This document shows positions 38,496 to 51,903 of a DNA stretch of 64,000 bases, in pieces (the stretch's first letter is position 1; every line of letters starts with the position of its first letter). Position numbers and translations under genes: made by a program. The notes under the pieces are model-generated. The model was not told where the DNA came from, did not search any database, and saw only the letters and a list, made by a program, of their open reading frames with translations. This DNA comes from Albugo candida (Eukaryota). The stretch is taken from NCBI GenBank assembly GCA_040437565.1, contig JBDOQK010000045.1, forward strand, positions 1-64,000, read 5' to 3'.

Positions 38496-39516
38496 ATGCG
38501 AGTGGCTCATTTGACACGCATTTCCGTCGGCAGAAATGTGCTTCAGACCTCACGTTTACAAGCCTTCAAATGGCGGAGTAATAAACAGCGCCATATAGCG
38601 AGTCGCCGCTTTTCGTGTGCGAAGCCTGCAATCTTATGCTTATACAGCGAGTTTCAGGTCGCAGAACAGGGGATGGAGGCATTGGAATACCTCAGTAGGT
38701 CGTGTCTAAAGTAAATAACAACATATATTGTGATTAAAGGGTGTTGCGTGTAGCGGCTCAGCCATTTTGCTTCCACAACGTACGGACTCTGACACGTGGC
38801 AATTACTCACTTGTCAACACATTGTTTGCCCCTGGCGATTTCCGCGCTATTTCAGCGAAAAATGGGACTGGCTTCAGTTTGTTCAGCCTCCACACGTTCA
38901 GTATCGCGTCGTCTTGATGGATCCCCACGCGAAAATTCTGTATGAAGCGCAGTTGGATCCAAAGGTGTGCTTGCATCCGTTGCGTGACGTTGCAATGCTT
39001 TCCATTTCGGACGATATCGCTTGTTTATCACTAACAAAAGCGCTGGAAACCAATTCTATGGGGCCTGTGGATTTTGACCCAGAAATGCTCGAAATTGGAG
39101 CTGTACGTTTTTGTTCTTTTGCGAATCTTATTTGACCCATTGGCGCGTAGAAGGTGAAGATATACGGCCATGAAGCCGATGAATCGTCCGATTTTGTCCC
39201 TCGATGCGTATCTGGACACTTTGCCGGTCAAAATGGTCACAAACAAGCGTTCGCTTGGACACAACAAGCTGTGCGTGAGGGAATGTGTGGAGGAGCTGTG
39301 TTGGATCAAAAGTGTCGCGCTATCGGTGTGATTGAAGGAATTGTACCAAAACACACAGATGGCGATGAATCGAGCAGTATTGATCAGAATTTGGCAGAAC
39401 ACGTCGCAATGATTCCCTCCGATGTGATCCAATTTTTTATTCAAAAACATCAAACGAGTGAGCGGGAATTGGAAGCTGTCATTACAGGCACCGCGTTAGC
39501 CTCAAATTGTCAATAG
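38496..39516 (+). CDS. Trypsin/chymotrypsin-fold peptidase-like protein with Cys at the nucleophile position (3 exons, ~305 aa); first assembled copy
   Basis: Exons 38496-38698, 38754-39102 and 39151-39516 join in frame through GT-AG introns of 55 and 48 nt. Motifs: SGSAIL, LTCQHIV, HPLRDVAML, EGMCGGAVLD...AIGVIEG. The N-terminus is Arg-rich with no acidic residues. Confidence 0.8.
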
Positions 39517-40296
39517 ATTCGTGCACTTGCGATACGCTGCAAAGACTTCCCATAAGACTCACTTACGAGAGCTTTGGACCCTGCTTTCGCTTCCAGCTCA
39601 ACTCGTTCAATTTTGTGTTTAATTGGGAGACAATCGGCTCGACGACGCTTCTTGTGCTGTCATTCATATAACTATCAGCTTGTGTCAGCCGCTGAATCGC
39701 TTTTGTCAAAGTTTCGCCGCTGTTTGAAGTGAGGTAGGCATTCACTGCTTCGTGGAATTCGGCCTTTGTGTTTGCATCGTTGTGGGGGGAGTCTTCCTCA
39801 GAGTAAAACGGCACACATAAGAGATTGAAAAGTGTTTTGGATACATTGGCAATAAGGTCGGCATACTCGTCAAGTTTTTGGCTCTTTTCCAATAAAACAG
39901 CCTCACAGGCTTCCAGGCAGCCTGAAGAATCACACGAGGCATCAATCAACTGAAGTCGGGCGTTTGGGCACAACGCTGCATTCATCAGCACCCCACATGC
40001 TGCATGAACAATGCCGAGATTCGAACTGTGCAATAGCNNNNNNNNNNNNNNNNNNNNNNNNNNNNNNNNNNNNNNNNNNNNNNNNNNNNNNNNNNNNNNN
40101 NNNNNNNNNNNNNNNNNNNNNNNNNNNNNNNNNNNNNTTTTTATTTTTTATCAATTGCGAGCACTATATCGATTCAAGGGATGTTACCCGGGAATCCTGG
40201 AATGCTTTGAGCGTAAAGGAAGGACCAAACAGAGCCCGAGGACATTGAGAGCCTTCCTGGGGCCATAAATAAACTGCAGACTGTTGTATCATTGCC

Positions 40297-41317
40297 ATGC
40301 GAGTGGCTCATTTGACACGCATTTCCGTCGGCAGAAATGTGCTTCAGACCTCACGTTTACAAGCCTTCAAATGGCGGAGTAATAAACAGCGCCATATAGC
40401 GAGTCGCCGCTTTTCGTGTGCGAAGCCTGCAATCTTATGCTTATACAGCGAGTTTCAGGTCGCAGAACAGGGGATGGAGGCATTGGAATACCTCAGTAGG
40501 TCGTGTCTAAAGTAAATAACAACATATATTGTGATTAAAGGGTGTTGCGTGTAGCGGCTCAGCCATTTTGCTTCCACAACGTACGGACTCTGACACGTGG
40601 CAATTACTCACTTGTCAACACATTGTTTGCCCCTGGCGATTTCCGCGCTATTTCAGCGAAAAATGGGACTGGCTTCAGTTTGTTCAGCCTCCACACGTTC
40701 AGTATCGCGTCGTCTTGATGGATCCCCACGCGAAAATTCTGTATGAAGCGCAGTTGGATCCAAAGGTGTGCTTGCATCCGTTGCGTGACGTTGCAATGCT
40801 TTCCATTTCGGACGATATCGCTTGTTTATCACTAACAAAAGCGCTGGAAACCAATTCTATGGGGCCTGTGGATTTTGACCCAGAAATGCTCGAAATTGGA
40901 GCTGTACGTTTTTGTTCTTTTGCGAATCTTATTTGACCCATTGGCGCGTAGAAGGTGAAGATATACGGCCATGAAGCCGATGAATCGTCCGATTTTGTCC
41001 CTCGATGCGTATCTGGACACTTTGCCGGTCAAAATGGTCACAAACAAGCGTTCGCTTGGACACAACAAGCTGTGCGTGAGGGAATGTGTGGAGGAGCTGT
41101 GTTGGATCAAAAGTGTCGCGCTATCGGTGTGATTGAAGGAATTGTACCAAAACACACAGATGGCGATGAATCGAGCAGTATTGATCAGAATTTGGCAGAA
41201 CACGTCGCAATGATTCCCTCCGATGTGATCCAATTTTTTATTCAAAAACATCAAACGAGTGAGCGGGAATTGGAAGCTGTCATTACAGGCACCGCGTTAG
41301 CCTCAAATTGTCAATAG
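40297..41317 (+). CDS. Identical second assembled copy of the trypsin-fold peptidase gene (assembly duplicate)
   Basis: Exact repeat at offset +1801 across gap 40038-40137. Probably a single real locus. Confidence 0.7.
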
Positions 41318-41363
41318 ATTCGTGCACTTGCGATACGCTGCAAAGACTTCCCATAAGACTCAC

Positions 41364-43869
41364 TTACGAGAGCTTTGGACCCTGCTTTCGCTTCCAGCTC
41401 AACTCGTTCAATTTTGTGTTTAATTGGGAGACAATCGGCTCGACGACGCTTCTTGTGCTGTCATTCATATAACTATCAGCTTGTGTCAGCCGCTGAATCG
41501 CTTTTGTCAAAGTTTCGCCGCTGTTTGAAGTGAGGTAGGCATTCACTGCTTCGTGGAATTCGGCCTTTGTGTTTGCATCGTTGTGGGGGGAGTCTTCCTC
41601 AGAGTAAAACGGCACACATAAGAGATTGAAAAGTGTTTTGGATACATTGGCAATAAGGTCGGCATACTCGTCAAGTTTTTGGCTCTTTTCCAATAAAACA
41701 GCCTCACAGGCTTCCAGGCAGCCTGAAGAATCACACGAGGCATCAATCAACTGAAGTCGGGCGTTTGGGCACAACGCTGCATTCATCAGCACCCCACATG
41801 CTGCATGAACAATGCCGAGATTCGAACTGTGCAATAGCTGCGTAATGTGTCTCAATATTCCATTGGAAGCTATGGCTGCGACTACATCCTCCCATCTTGT
41901 GAGATTGCCAAACGCTCTAACCGCTTCCATGACAGCTTCCTCATTCATATTTTCAAGTGTACGACCCAACAATAACGTCACACGTAGCCGGGAAGCGTAA
42001 ATCCAGTCTTGTTCGCCTTCAGGAGCTTCCAAATAGGATTTTCGACTGCACGAATGATACGACAAGTTTGTGAGACAACTCACAATATTCAGCATCAATT
42101 CGTCGAGTTGTTGGCAAAATATTTCTTCTCCGTATCGACTTGTACCTGCAGCCAATTGTATGGCCTGAAGGCACTCAATCAGCGCCACGATCCGCTTATC
42201 AATTGTAATCTGCTCGCTAACACTCGAATTGATTGCAACATTCGCAATGAGACGAACCAATCTGATCAATAAATCCAAGTTTTCAGTCATCGTTTCGTGT
42301 ACGATCATTTCCTCGCTTGATAACTTGCTCTCAGAGGTCAAGCTGTCGATCGATTGCTGCAATAAAGTCTCAAGAAATCCAAAAAAAACGTCACGTTCGT
42401 CACAATCGAAATAGATAATCTCGCGATTACGATCATTTCCAGCACTCAAATTGCCGAGTACAACAACGATACGAACGATTGTCACGTGGATGAGTTGCAG
42501 GTCGTTACTGTCTTGATCTGGGCTGTCTTGCTGTCTGATACAATGGCGTAACATTTCCAGAAACATTGAAATGTTCTCAGCGGCTTTGCCATTGATTTGA
42601 GCTCGCGATGGCTCGTGAAGCGTGAGATTGCTCAGAATTCGGAAAATGTTGCATAGTAATTCGATCTGATCGACGCAGCATGCAGCTACATCACAAAGTC
42701 TCTGAGAGACCTGAGCCTGATCGAATTGCCTCAGATGACGTTTTTTTTGTAAAGTTCTCAACAAGCTCGTCGTCTGAATCAAACAGTGAACGACTTGCAG
42801 TTGAAGTGTCTCATTTTCCCATGCAAATGCATTCGACCACAATAGCGTCCTTGCAAATGTGCCAATAGCTCCACTGGTTGCGAGTATGTCTTGCATTTTT
42901 CCGTCAGTGTTGGCGACATTTTTAAGTGTGCCAAATGCGTACAAAAGAGCTTTCAGAGAAAATTTAGGCTTGCGATTTTGCCCGAGACGATCAGAGACGA
43001 CGTCGGTGACACTCAGAATGCTTTCAACGTACTGCACGGTAAAGAATCTGTCATTGCTAGCATCTTTGCTCAATGTGAAAAGTGCTTTGGCAACAGAAGT
43101 CACGTCACTTTCTCGTTCGTCTTTGAGGTCGCTAAAATTGCTCGAGTTATCGGAAACGAGCGCTTCGTCCTCTACTCTCGTACACAGTTCAATAATGGTT
43201 GGGAAAGCGGCCATCAACGCCTCGATTGAGTCGGTATACTTTGGCAGTACGAGGCTCAGCATTGAATCACATGCCTTAAAACGCAACCGCTGGACGTTTG
43301 CTTTATCGTACTCACTTTTTTGCGCTTTCAATTCCAGCAGTGAAGCTTGAGCAAACTCTGACGCGACTTTTCTCAATTCAGATAGGTGGGCTAACTGCGA
43401 TTCTGCGTCGATTGCTAAATCATCCAGTAGTGTTAATTGATCAAAGAGTGCAGACAGATGCATCTACACTCATTGGAAAATGAGCCGATTCTGTCCAAAC
43501 TTAAAGAACGCGGATTCTTACATGCAGAGGAGATGGAGAAGAAGCCTCGTTATTCACACGTTTGTCTGCCTCGACGCTTGGCCGAATGTCACGTTTAGCT
43601 TCAGATACCTTTGTATCTTGATGTTCCCATCCACCTCGTACTTTTGAGTCGTCTTCGAAAGTGTGAGAAGCTGAGGCTGTTTCGATCGAGGTCGTGCAGG
43701 AAATTACATTTTCGCGAGGAAATGAAGTGTGTTCAATACTGATTCTATGACTGTGTCGGGGCAATCGAGGAACGCATGCTCCTAATCGAGAATCATCCCG
43801 ATGAAGAAGAGTACGCCTATGTGAAAGCGGTGTAAAAGGCCTCGAAGGTTTGCTGAGAGACGCTCTTGC
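41364..43869 (-). CDS. ARMC2: Armadillo repeat-containing protein 2 homologue
   Basis: The 699-aa ARM-repeat exon (GTLKNV, LGNLSAGNDRNR, RLIANVAI, LTNLSY, EAVRAFGNLTR, ACGVLMN) joins in phase 0 through GT-AG intron 43464-43521 to exon 43522-43869. That exon carries ARASL..PSRPFTP, typical of the ARMC2 N-terminus. The first exon is unresolved. 39563-40037 is an assembly duplicate of the 3' end. Confidence 0.8.
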
Positions 43870-44203
43870 CTAAGTAGAAGAGGGATGAGCCTTCCGGTTC
43901 ATACCGATCAAAGCGAAACAGATCGACCTCGGAAATCACGTGCGATATACCATTACGTGCGACGAATGTGTCCATTTGTGGAACGAACGGATGCAATAAC
44001 CTCTGAAAAGACTCGGTCTAAATTAACGGTTCTTTATTTACATTTATCACAGTGCTTGCGGAATCAATTGGGTGCTTTTAATGTATGATTGCTCAGTGAT
44101 CATTCCGAGCTTTTCATAGACGAAGAGATACACATCAGCTTGTACAAAACACGCAGCCTTTTGTGACGAAATCTCAGGCTTTCCGCGTGTTCGGTTCAAA
44201 ATA

Positions 44204-47200
44204 CCGGTTTCTATTTCACTGGCGGACATTTATCGACATTTTCCAGCCCCAAAGAAAGATGACCGCCGTCAACGGGAAACGTCAAAACATTGCGCTTGCA
44301 CGTGGGATCAACGCTATTTCATCCAATTCACTGGCACGTACAAACGGTCGATTCCAATTCGCAAAGANNNNNNNNNNNNNNNNNNNNNNNNNNNNNNNNN
44401 NNNNNNNNNNNNNNNNNNNNNNNNNNNNNNNNNNNNNNNNNNNNNNNNNNNNNNNNNNNNNNNNNNNATTATAATCAATTCGGATATTTTTGGATGACTC
44501 AGAATCACAAGGGTGTCCTAGAATATTGCTTGGAGAATGTACTCTTCACAAATTTATGGTATTCTGCAAAGAGTAGCAACCTGGTGATCCGACGGAGTGG
44601 ATTACGACCCTTATGCAATGGTGACCTTGATTTACTTTTTCTTTAAGCAGACGGACATGGTAAAGTCATGGCTGGGAAGCAACATAATCTGGTACGAATT
44701 GACAAAAATTGACCGTACTCGCTCAAGGATACACGTATTAGACTTGTCGTCTATCTATCCAGCGGTCTTTGCTGATGATTCCAGAATTTGAAGCAGCACT
44801 GGTAGATTTGATGAAAAATTATCATTCTTGCCGAACGCTTTCTCCACACAAATGAATGCATGTGAAGGTGATCANNNNNNNNNNNNNNNNNNNNNNNNNN
44901 NNNNNNNNNNNNNNNNNNNNNNNNNNNNNNNNNNNNNNNNNNNNNNNNNNNNNNNNNNNNNNNNNNNNNNNNNNACTTGTCGTCTATCTATCCAGCGGTC
45001 TTTGCTGATGATTCCAGAATTTGAAGCAGCACTGGTAGATTTGATGAAAAATTATCATTCTTGCCGAACGCTTTCTCCACACAAATGAATGCATGTGAAG
45101 GTGATCATTTGTACTGTTGTCAGATATACGTTGATTGTTCAAAAGAGATACTAAATGATGCACCCGGGCAAGCTTTAGTTGTGGAGTTAACTCTGTCATA
45201 GAAGCCGGTATTGCACTTTGTTAAAGCGTATCCGCAGTCATTCAACATCCAATGACTTTGCTCCTTTGTCCTATAAGTCGAGTTGCTGTGTTGCACTCCC
45301 CAATTTGTTTACCAATGGGTCCAAAAATCATGATGAAACGCGAGCATGTCGGCTCTTTTGTAAGCACACCAATGGCAGCTCCTTGTTGAGGTCGGACTTC
45401 ATAGTGGCTTCAGCTTCCTGCTATAACGTGATAATGCTCATCATAGGCTGCAACGAAATCTCATGTAATTGAGTATCTGCACAATCCGGTCGCATTTTTC
45501 GTGCATTTTCAACTATGCAATAAAAGATCTCATTGCCTCCTCTGCCACCTAACTCGTTGTAAGCTAAGGTGNNNNNNNNNNNNNNNNNNNNNNNNNNNNN
45601 NNNNNNNNNNNNNNNNNNNNNNNNNNNNNNNNNNNNNNNNNNNNNNNNNNNNNNNNNNNNNNNNNNNNNNNTTCAACTATGCAATAAAAGATTTCATTGC
45701 CTCCTCTGCCACCTAACTCATTGTAAGCTAAGGTGTAGTAGACCAAACTACGCGAAATTCATGTGATTCAATAATTGGACAAGCATACTAGAGCTGTGCC
45801 GCAAAACTCGTGTCGCTATATGGAGCGTCGTGATAGTTGAATGCAGTAGAAGATCATTAGAAAATAGACTGCCAGGTTCAATCATAATTGAGCTGCAAGC
45901 GGCATTGTTATATTCTAGTGATGCGTATAGAATTTGGATATCTGCGATACAAATGTTCACTGCATAGTCATAGTCATGCAAAGCAAGACTGAATGTGTCG
46001 TGAGATCAATGGATTATCGATCGGATAAATACATAGTCAAAAAGAAGATCTACCCATTCGATTCTATTGTGTTAGCTGCTCATATTACCAATATATTGTG
46101 CAATAGGATCTCTTGAGGACCCGAAACGTACGCATACAAAGACGCATATGTTACGCAATCGATCCAAATAACGACACAAGCCTGAACCATTGGAATGAAA
46201 TGCTGGATACAAAGAGGAGCTTGAGATGTCAATATACGTCTGCTAGGTCATGCTTGACGTAGATTGTATTCAGTATTGTCGTAGCTGAGATGGTATGTGT
46301 CGACTGAATTTGTGAGAGATCTACAATTCGAAGTTGCTCCGAGCCGCAGAGAGACCTCCTTGTTGCTCTTCATTAAGCCTCCGTGGGCAACGTTCTCAAT
46401 ACCAAGGGCTAATGTCGGGGAGGGGAGCTAATGGCGCAATAAAGTACTAGACCATTCGAAAAGGAATAGATCCCAAGTGCATACGTTTGCACAAGAGGAC
46501 ACAAGACGAATACAAACTACATTCAGAAATTTTGTATATAGTGATAGCAGACAATCCGTCTTTGTCTTTGTTTTTTCCAACAAAGTGTCCTATGACCTTT
46601 TCGTTCGCACATAAGTCATCTTGAAGTAACGATATCTAAAAATGCGAGATGCTCGCGTTTCATTATGGATTTTGGACCCGTAGGTGAAAAAATACGGAGT
46701 GCAGCATAATCTCGGCTCAAAGGAAAAGAAAGCGAAGGCGGTAAATGTCGGATGGCTGTGGATACGCTTTCGTTAACGGCTTTCAAGGAAGGACTCATCC
46801 CGCAAAAACTTACATGATCGCATCAATTAGTACCTCTCTTTTGAACAATCAACGTATATCTGACACCAGTACAAATGATCACCTTCACATGCATTCATTT
46901 GTGTGGAGAAAGCGTTCGGCAAGAATGATAATTTTTCATCAAATCTACCAGTGCTGCTTCAAATTCTGGAATCATCAGCAAAGACCGCTGGATAGATAGA
47001 CGACAAGTNNNNNNNNNNNNNNNNNNNNNNNNNNNNNNNNNNNNNNNNNNNNNNNNNNNNNNNNNNNNNNNNNNNNNNNNNNNNNNNNNNNNNNNNNNNN
47101 NNNNNNNNTCTTTGCGAATTGGAATCGACCGTTTGTACGTGCCAGTGAATTGGATGAAATAGCGTTGATCCCACGTGCAAGCGCAATGTTTTGACGTTTC

Positions 47201-47272
47201 CCGTTGACGGCGGTCATCTTTCTTTGGGGCTGGAAAATGTCGATAAATGTCCGCCAGTGAAATAGAAACCGG
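44204..47272. mobile_element. Long-inverted-repeat (foldback/large MITE-like) element with TA flanks
   Basis: 44204-44367 is the reverse complement of 47109-47272, and 44975-45160 is the reverse complement of 46820-47008 with a few mismatches. Ends are TA|CCGGTTTC...GAAACCGG|TA. No recognisable transposase inside. Confidence 0.7.
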
Positions 47273-49291
47273 TATTTACGGAATAAACCGCTACGATATC
47301 GATCGCGATTTTGCTTCTAAAAAGCCTCTGTACTCTACCTGAATTATATCGAACCTTCTACTTCGAAGCTTCTAAATAGTCTGGTACCAGATGTAACTGA
47401 ATGCATGGAGCTTGTCCCTGTATAATGTCGATAGGAAGAACAGCATCAAACGTGCTGACAATGATAGTGATGCTCTTTATATTCTGTTAACGCCTGAGAG
47501 TTATTCACCAAGAGCATTTTCAGCCTAGTCAGTTGCTTATTTATCAATTTTTGAGTTGCTTTCCTGCACTGTGGCTTGCGATAGACGTGAGCTGTATTCC
47601 CAAGTAATAGAACAGAAGCATAATTTCATCATAACGGATGATGCTGTGTGAAGAATGCGACTACAGAAGCAAACTTTGGTATTGAGCGAAATCAGAATGC
47701 AGTCTGCAGTTTTTGTTGCATGAGCTTTCTATACTGCATCCGTTTTGTAGGGCCGATAGACGGGACTTTCGTATGAGCAAATTCCCTAATGATAAAGGTA
47801 CGTTCGCAGCGCTTTATTGAATGTATACACTCTGTATGCGCCCATACAACGCAATCTCAATAAGAATCAGTCATCGAAATCTTACGACTAGCAAATTACA
47901 AAACTACCAGCAAACTTCCACTTGGTACCAGTAAGGCTCTGAGAAGTGCTTATGACTTGTAGGCAAAATGACTCACAGGTGCTCAATCTCCAGTTTTACA
48001 ATTTTCAATTGGCAGTGAGAGACAATTCTTTTCCGTTCGAACTGGTGGGTTACGGATGGTAGAAAGACTTCCAGTTGAATCCGCCTGATTGCTTGATTGT
48101 TATATTACCTCTGTGAGAAACTCGTTCAGCTACGAAAAAAAAATTCCGCAGTTGCTATTCCACAAGAAGCTAAATCAGTGCTACTTCTTCAGTAAGTCGC
48201 CGAGGACTCGATGGAATGCGTCGCGATACTAAAGATGTGGTGGAATATGGAATGACGACGACCGTTCTGTGTCATACTCAAAATATAATCTAACATAAGT
48301 AGACGGGACAGTGATATGCTTTTCGTAACTGGCCTTTCGGGAAACGAAAGAATTGGGACTTTCGAACTTACATCGGCACTAAACGGTTGAATACTATACG
48401 TATTTCTGAATTGACTGTAGCGATGCTGTGTGAAACAACGTCTAAGTCAATTATGTACAACGGTTTAAAATGTTACTCAGCGTCGGATGTTTCGCTCATT
48501 AGGCGATTTGTATCATTGGGATGATACATATCCGACAACTCATCACTGTAACGTGATTAGAACTCAAGACCTGTTGCCGACTGGACGTAGTACAAGTAGG
48601 CTACCAGACCCGATATTCCATTTCATTTTATAGTAATATATTCAAGATATATAAGAGCATTCATACTCAATACAAAAGGAGCAAATATAATACAGACGAA
48701 AACGCATTTCTTGCTTATTTAGTTGTTACTTTAATTTTGCGTACATTATATAATGGTAATAGCGCATGTGCTTAGGAAACTTTACATTTTTTAAACTTCA
48801 TATTTTGCAAACTTTACTCGATGGTTCTTTTTTTCGATTATGAATAGGCAGCTACTGTAGCCCACACATCACAGAGTGTCAACCAGCCCATTCTTCGAAA
48901 CTATTCGACCAAAGTATTTGTCATGATGTGACAATAAAAGCGATTGGCTATCACATTGACTGGTCACTGCAATCGAAAACGATGTTTCAATAAGTCATGT
49001 GGTACAGCTAAGCGTCCACTACAGTCTTTCAGTGCACTTAATTCCGACCAAACATTCTATGCACGATTCAGTGTTCACTGCAACAGCTATCTTTCATCAA
49101 AAACCAGCACACTTTGAGGATTCAATTGCATTCGTACTTTCCTTTCGAGCAGAGTGTGTTGATTCCGACAAATGCATAAAAAAAAGTACTGACAGGAAGC
49201 GTCCATCTAAAAGCTCATCGCCTAAACTTAACAAATACATTCCAAACCTACCTTAAATCCGTTCGAACCCAACAAATCGCGTCAAAGTGTT

Positions 49292-50626
49292 ATGGAAGAA
49301 GTCGGTTTGGATCGTAAATTGGTGATCGTCGGGGCCACTGATGTTGGTAAAACGTCGATTACCATGCGGTATTGCCACGGTAGTCTCACCACACCAACTT
49401 CCGCCACAATTGGTGCTTCCTTTCTTCAAAAAAGAGTAATTGTACCAAGTCGTTACGGGAAGCCACGTAAAATCACACTTCAGATATGGGACACTGCAGG
49501 ACAAGAGCGCTTCCGTTCCATGGCGCCAATGTACTACCGTAATGCGAAAGCTGCTATCTTAGTGTTTGATCTTCAGCATGAAAGTACATTNNNNNNNNNN
49601 NNNNNNNNNNNNNNNNNNNNNNNNNNNNNNNNNNNNNNNNNNNNNNNNNNNNNNNNNNNNNNNNNNNNNNNNNNNNNNNNNNNNNNNNNNACGGGAAGCC
49701 ACGTAAAATCACACTTCAGATATGGGACACTGCAGGACAAGAGCGCTTCCGTTCCATGGCGCCAATGTACTACCGTAATGCGAAAGCTGCTATCTTAGTG
49801 TTTGATCTTCAGCATGAAAGTACATTTGAGAAAATTATCGAATGGCTTCAAGGTACGAATTACTCTCTTTGGCTCGCTCTGTTCACGTAATGAATGTCCT
49901 TGTAGATCTCCGACATCACGTTTCGAACGATATTGGTACGCTTTCAACTTTCAATCCGCTCGCATTATAATTTTGATCCAAACTGGTCGATTCGTAGTTC
50001 TCGCAGTGGTTGGCAATAAATCAGATTGTGCTTCTCAATTTGACTTTTCCAAAGCACAAGCATTCGCTCAGGAAATCGGAGCACTTGTTTTTCGTACCAG
50101 TGCCAAGACAGGAGAAGGTATTCAATATCTATTTGAGAGTGTCGCTGCAGAATTGCTGNNNNNNNNNNNNNNNNNNNNNNNNNNNNNNNNNNNNNNNNNN
50201 NNNNNNNNNNNNNNNNNNNNNNNNNNNNNNNNNNNNNNNNNNNNNNNNNNNNNNNNNNTCAACTTTCAATCCGCTCGCATTATAATTTTGATCCAAACTG
50301 GTCGATTCGTAGTTCTCGCAGTGGTTGGCAATAAATCAGATTGTGCTTCTCAATTTGACTTTTCCAAAGCACAAGCATTCGCTCAGGAAATCGGAGCACT
50401 TGTTTTTCGTACCAGTGCCAAGACAGGAGAAGGTATTCAATATCTATTTGAGAGTGTCGCTGCAGAATTGCTGAAGCAGCACGAAGACAAGATGCGTCTA
50501 CGGGAAGCCGACGGAGCCAACACGACCGTCGATGACAGTCAGCTTTCCTACACCAGACGAGAAGATATTTTATCGGTGGATAGTTCGCATTGGAATGCTC
50601 AGAACAAACAGCGAAAATGCTGCTAA
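49292..50626 (+). CDS. Rab GTPase, Rab5/Rab22-like
   Basis: [49 protein letters not shown], and a C-terminal CC prenylation motif. Introns at 49853-49905 and 49936-49997. Two gap-overlap duplications inflate the span. Confidence 0.93.
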
Positions 50627-50784
50627 GAGTCGTATTTATCAATGTGTCCAGTGCCCACTTTCCGCAGCTTTGTTTTTGTATCGATCCCTCGGTGACATGA
50701 AAGGCTGTCGGGTCAGAGTAAAAACAAGGAAGGAAAAAAAAGTCGGATTCTGGTGCATTCAATTACAAAGTGTGCTCCAAATGA

Positions 50785-51462
50785 CTATGTGCTCGTATTG
50801 GCAAGCACTGAATTGATCTTGTCAATCTTGGTCGCAAGGGACAAATCGATAAAGTAGTTGCCTATGTGAACTTTTAATCCGCCCATTATGTTTGGGTCCA
50901 CAGCTGTCTCGAGCACAAGCGTTTGTCCTTTTTCCACACGTGTTCCCAGCGCCTTCTTGACTTGATCCAGCTCTGGTTTAGACAAAGGATCCGCAGAAAT
51001 GACTTTAGCTTGTACTTCCCCTCGGTACGCACTCATCAGTTTCTTGTAAGACGTAATGACGCCCAACGCTTCGGCAAGTCGTCCATTTTCAGCCAAAATC
51101 TCAAATAGACCAGCCACTGGCTGTGAGTATTTGGCTTGTTCCATGACACGAGAAATATCTTGTTGTTTTGAGTAGCGTGGGATGGTCGGGTCTTTAAGAA
51201 AAGAAAGAAATGACTCGTCCTTCTTGATAGCTTGTTCGATGCTGTGGAGCTCTTTTTCCACTGTTTCCAGCGCTTTTTGCTTTGCGGCGACACTGTACAA
51301 CGCGTTGGCGTATTGCGCCTCCACTCCAAATAGCTGGATTTTTGGTTGGATCATTTCGTTGAATCCCCCCATTTCAGCGGTTGCGGTGGCCGATTTGGTT
51401 GCGTACGTTTTCGAGTGAGTTGAGAGCGCTCGACGCATATTTTTAGATGCTGCGCTTCTCAT
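50785..51462 (-). CDS. ATP5O: Mitochondrial ATP synthase OSCP (subunit O / delta family)
   Basis: LFGVEAQYANALYS, LAENGRL, VDPNIMGGL.V.IG...IDLS..TKI, preceded by a basic presequence. Confidence 0.95.
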   Translation of the reverse strand: MRSAASKNMRRALSTHSKTYATKSATATAEMGGFNEMIQPKIQLFGVEAQYANALYSVAAKQKALETVEKELHSIEQAIKKDESFLSFLKDPTIPRYSKQQDISRVMEQAKYSQPVAGLFEILAENGRLAEALGVITSYKKLMSAYRGEVQAKVISADPLSKPELDQVKKALGTRVEKGQTLVLETAVDPNIMGGLKVHIGNYFIDLSLATKIDKINSVLANTST

Positions 51463-51903
51463 GAGTGAAATGCGCGTTTTCTATACGGTAGAGAAGGTTT
51501 AGAAGCGTTAGATTGTGCAGTGAAGCGATAACGAAAGGAGGAAGCAAAGGATACAATTGCGCGTTGGTTTCGATCCGAAATGTAAGTGGTACCCTAATTA
51601 GTGATAAGGATGATGTGGTACATCGTTATAGTTCATAATTGACTTGAATAGAGAAAGCTTCTTATGTCAAGTAATAATTCAGTGTGGATGGTGTGAAGAA
51701 GACGATATGGTTTTGATGGATCTCAGTACAATAGAGGCGTAAATGAATAATTCCATCAAGCGGTAGCTAATATCATATTGCTGAAGATTCTATGGAACTC
51801 CCGTCGAGCCAAAGGCAACTTGTAGGGATCTAACAATTTTACTACTGACGGTCATAAGGATATTCAATTATATACATATAACAATCATCGTCTGATAGAA
51901 TCA

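Noticed and set aside
38337-41838. Apparent tandem duplication of the protease gene and the ARMC2 3' end
   Set aside because: The copies look identical and abut a 100-N gap, like the other gap overlaps. Assembly artefact.
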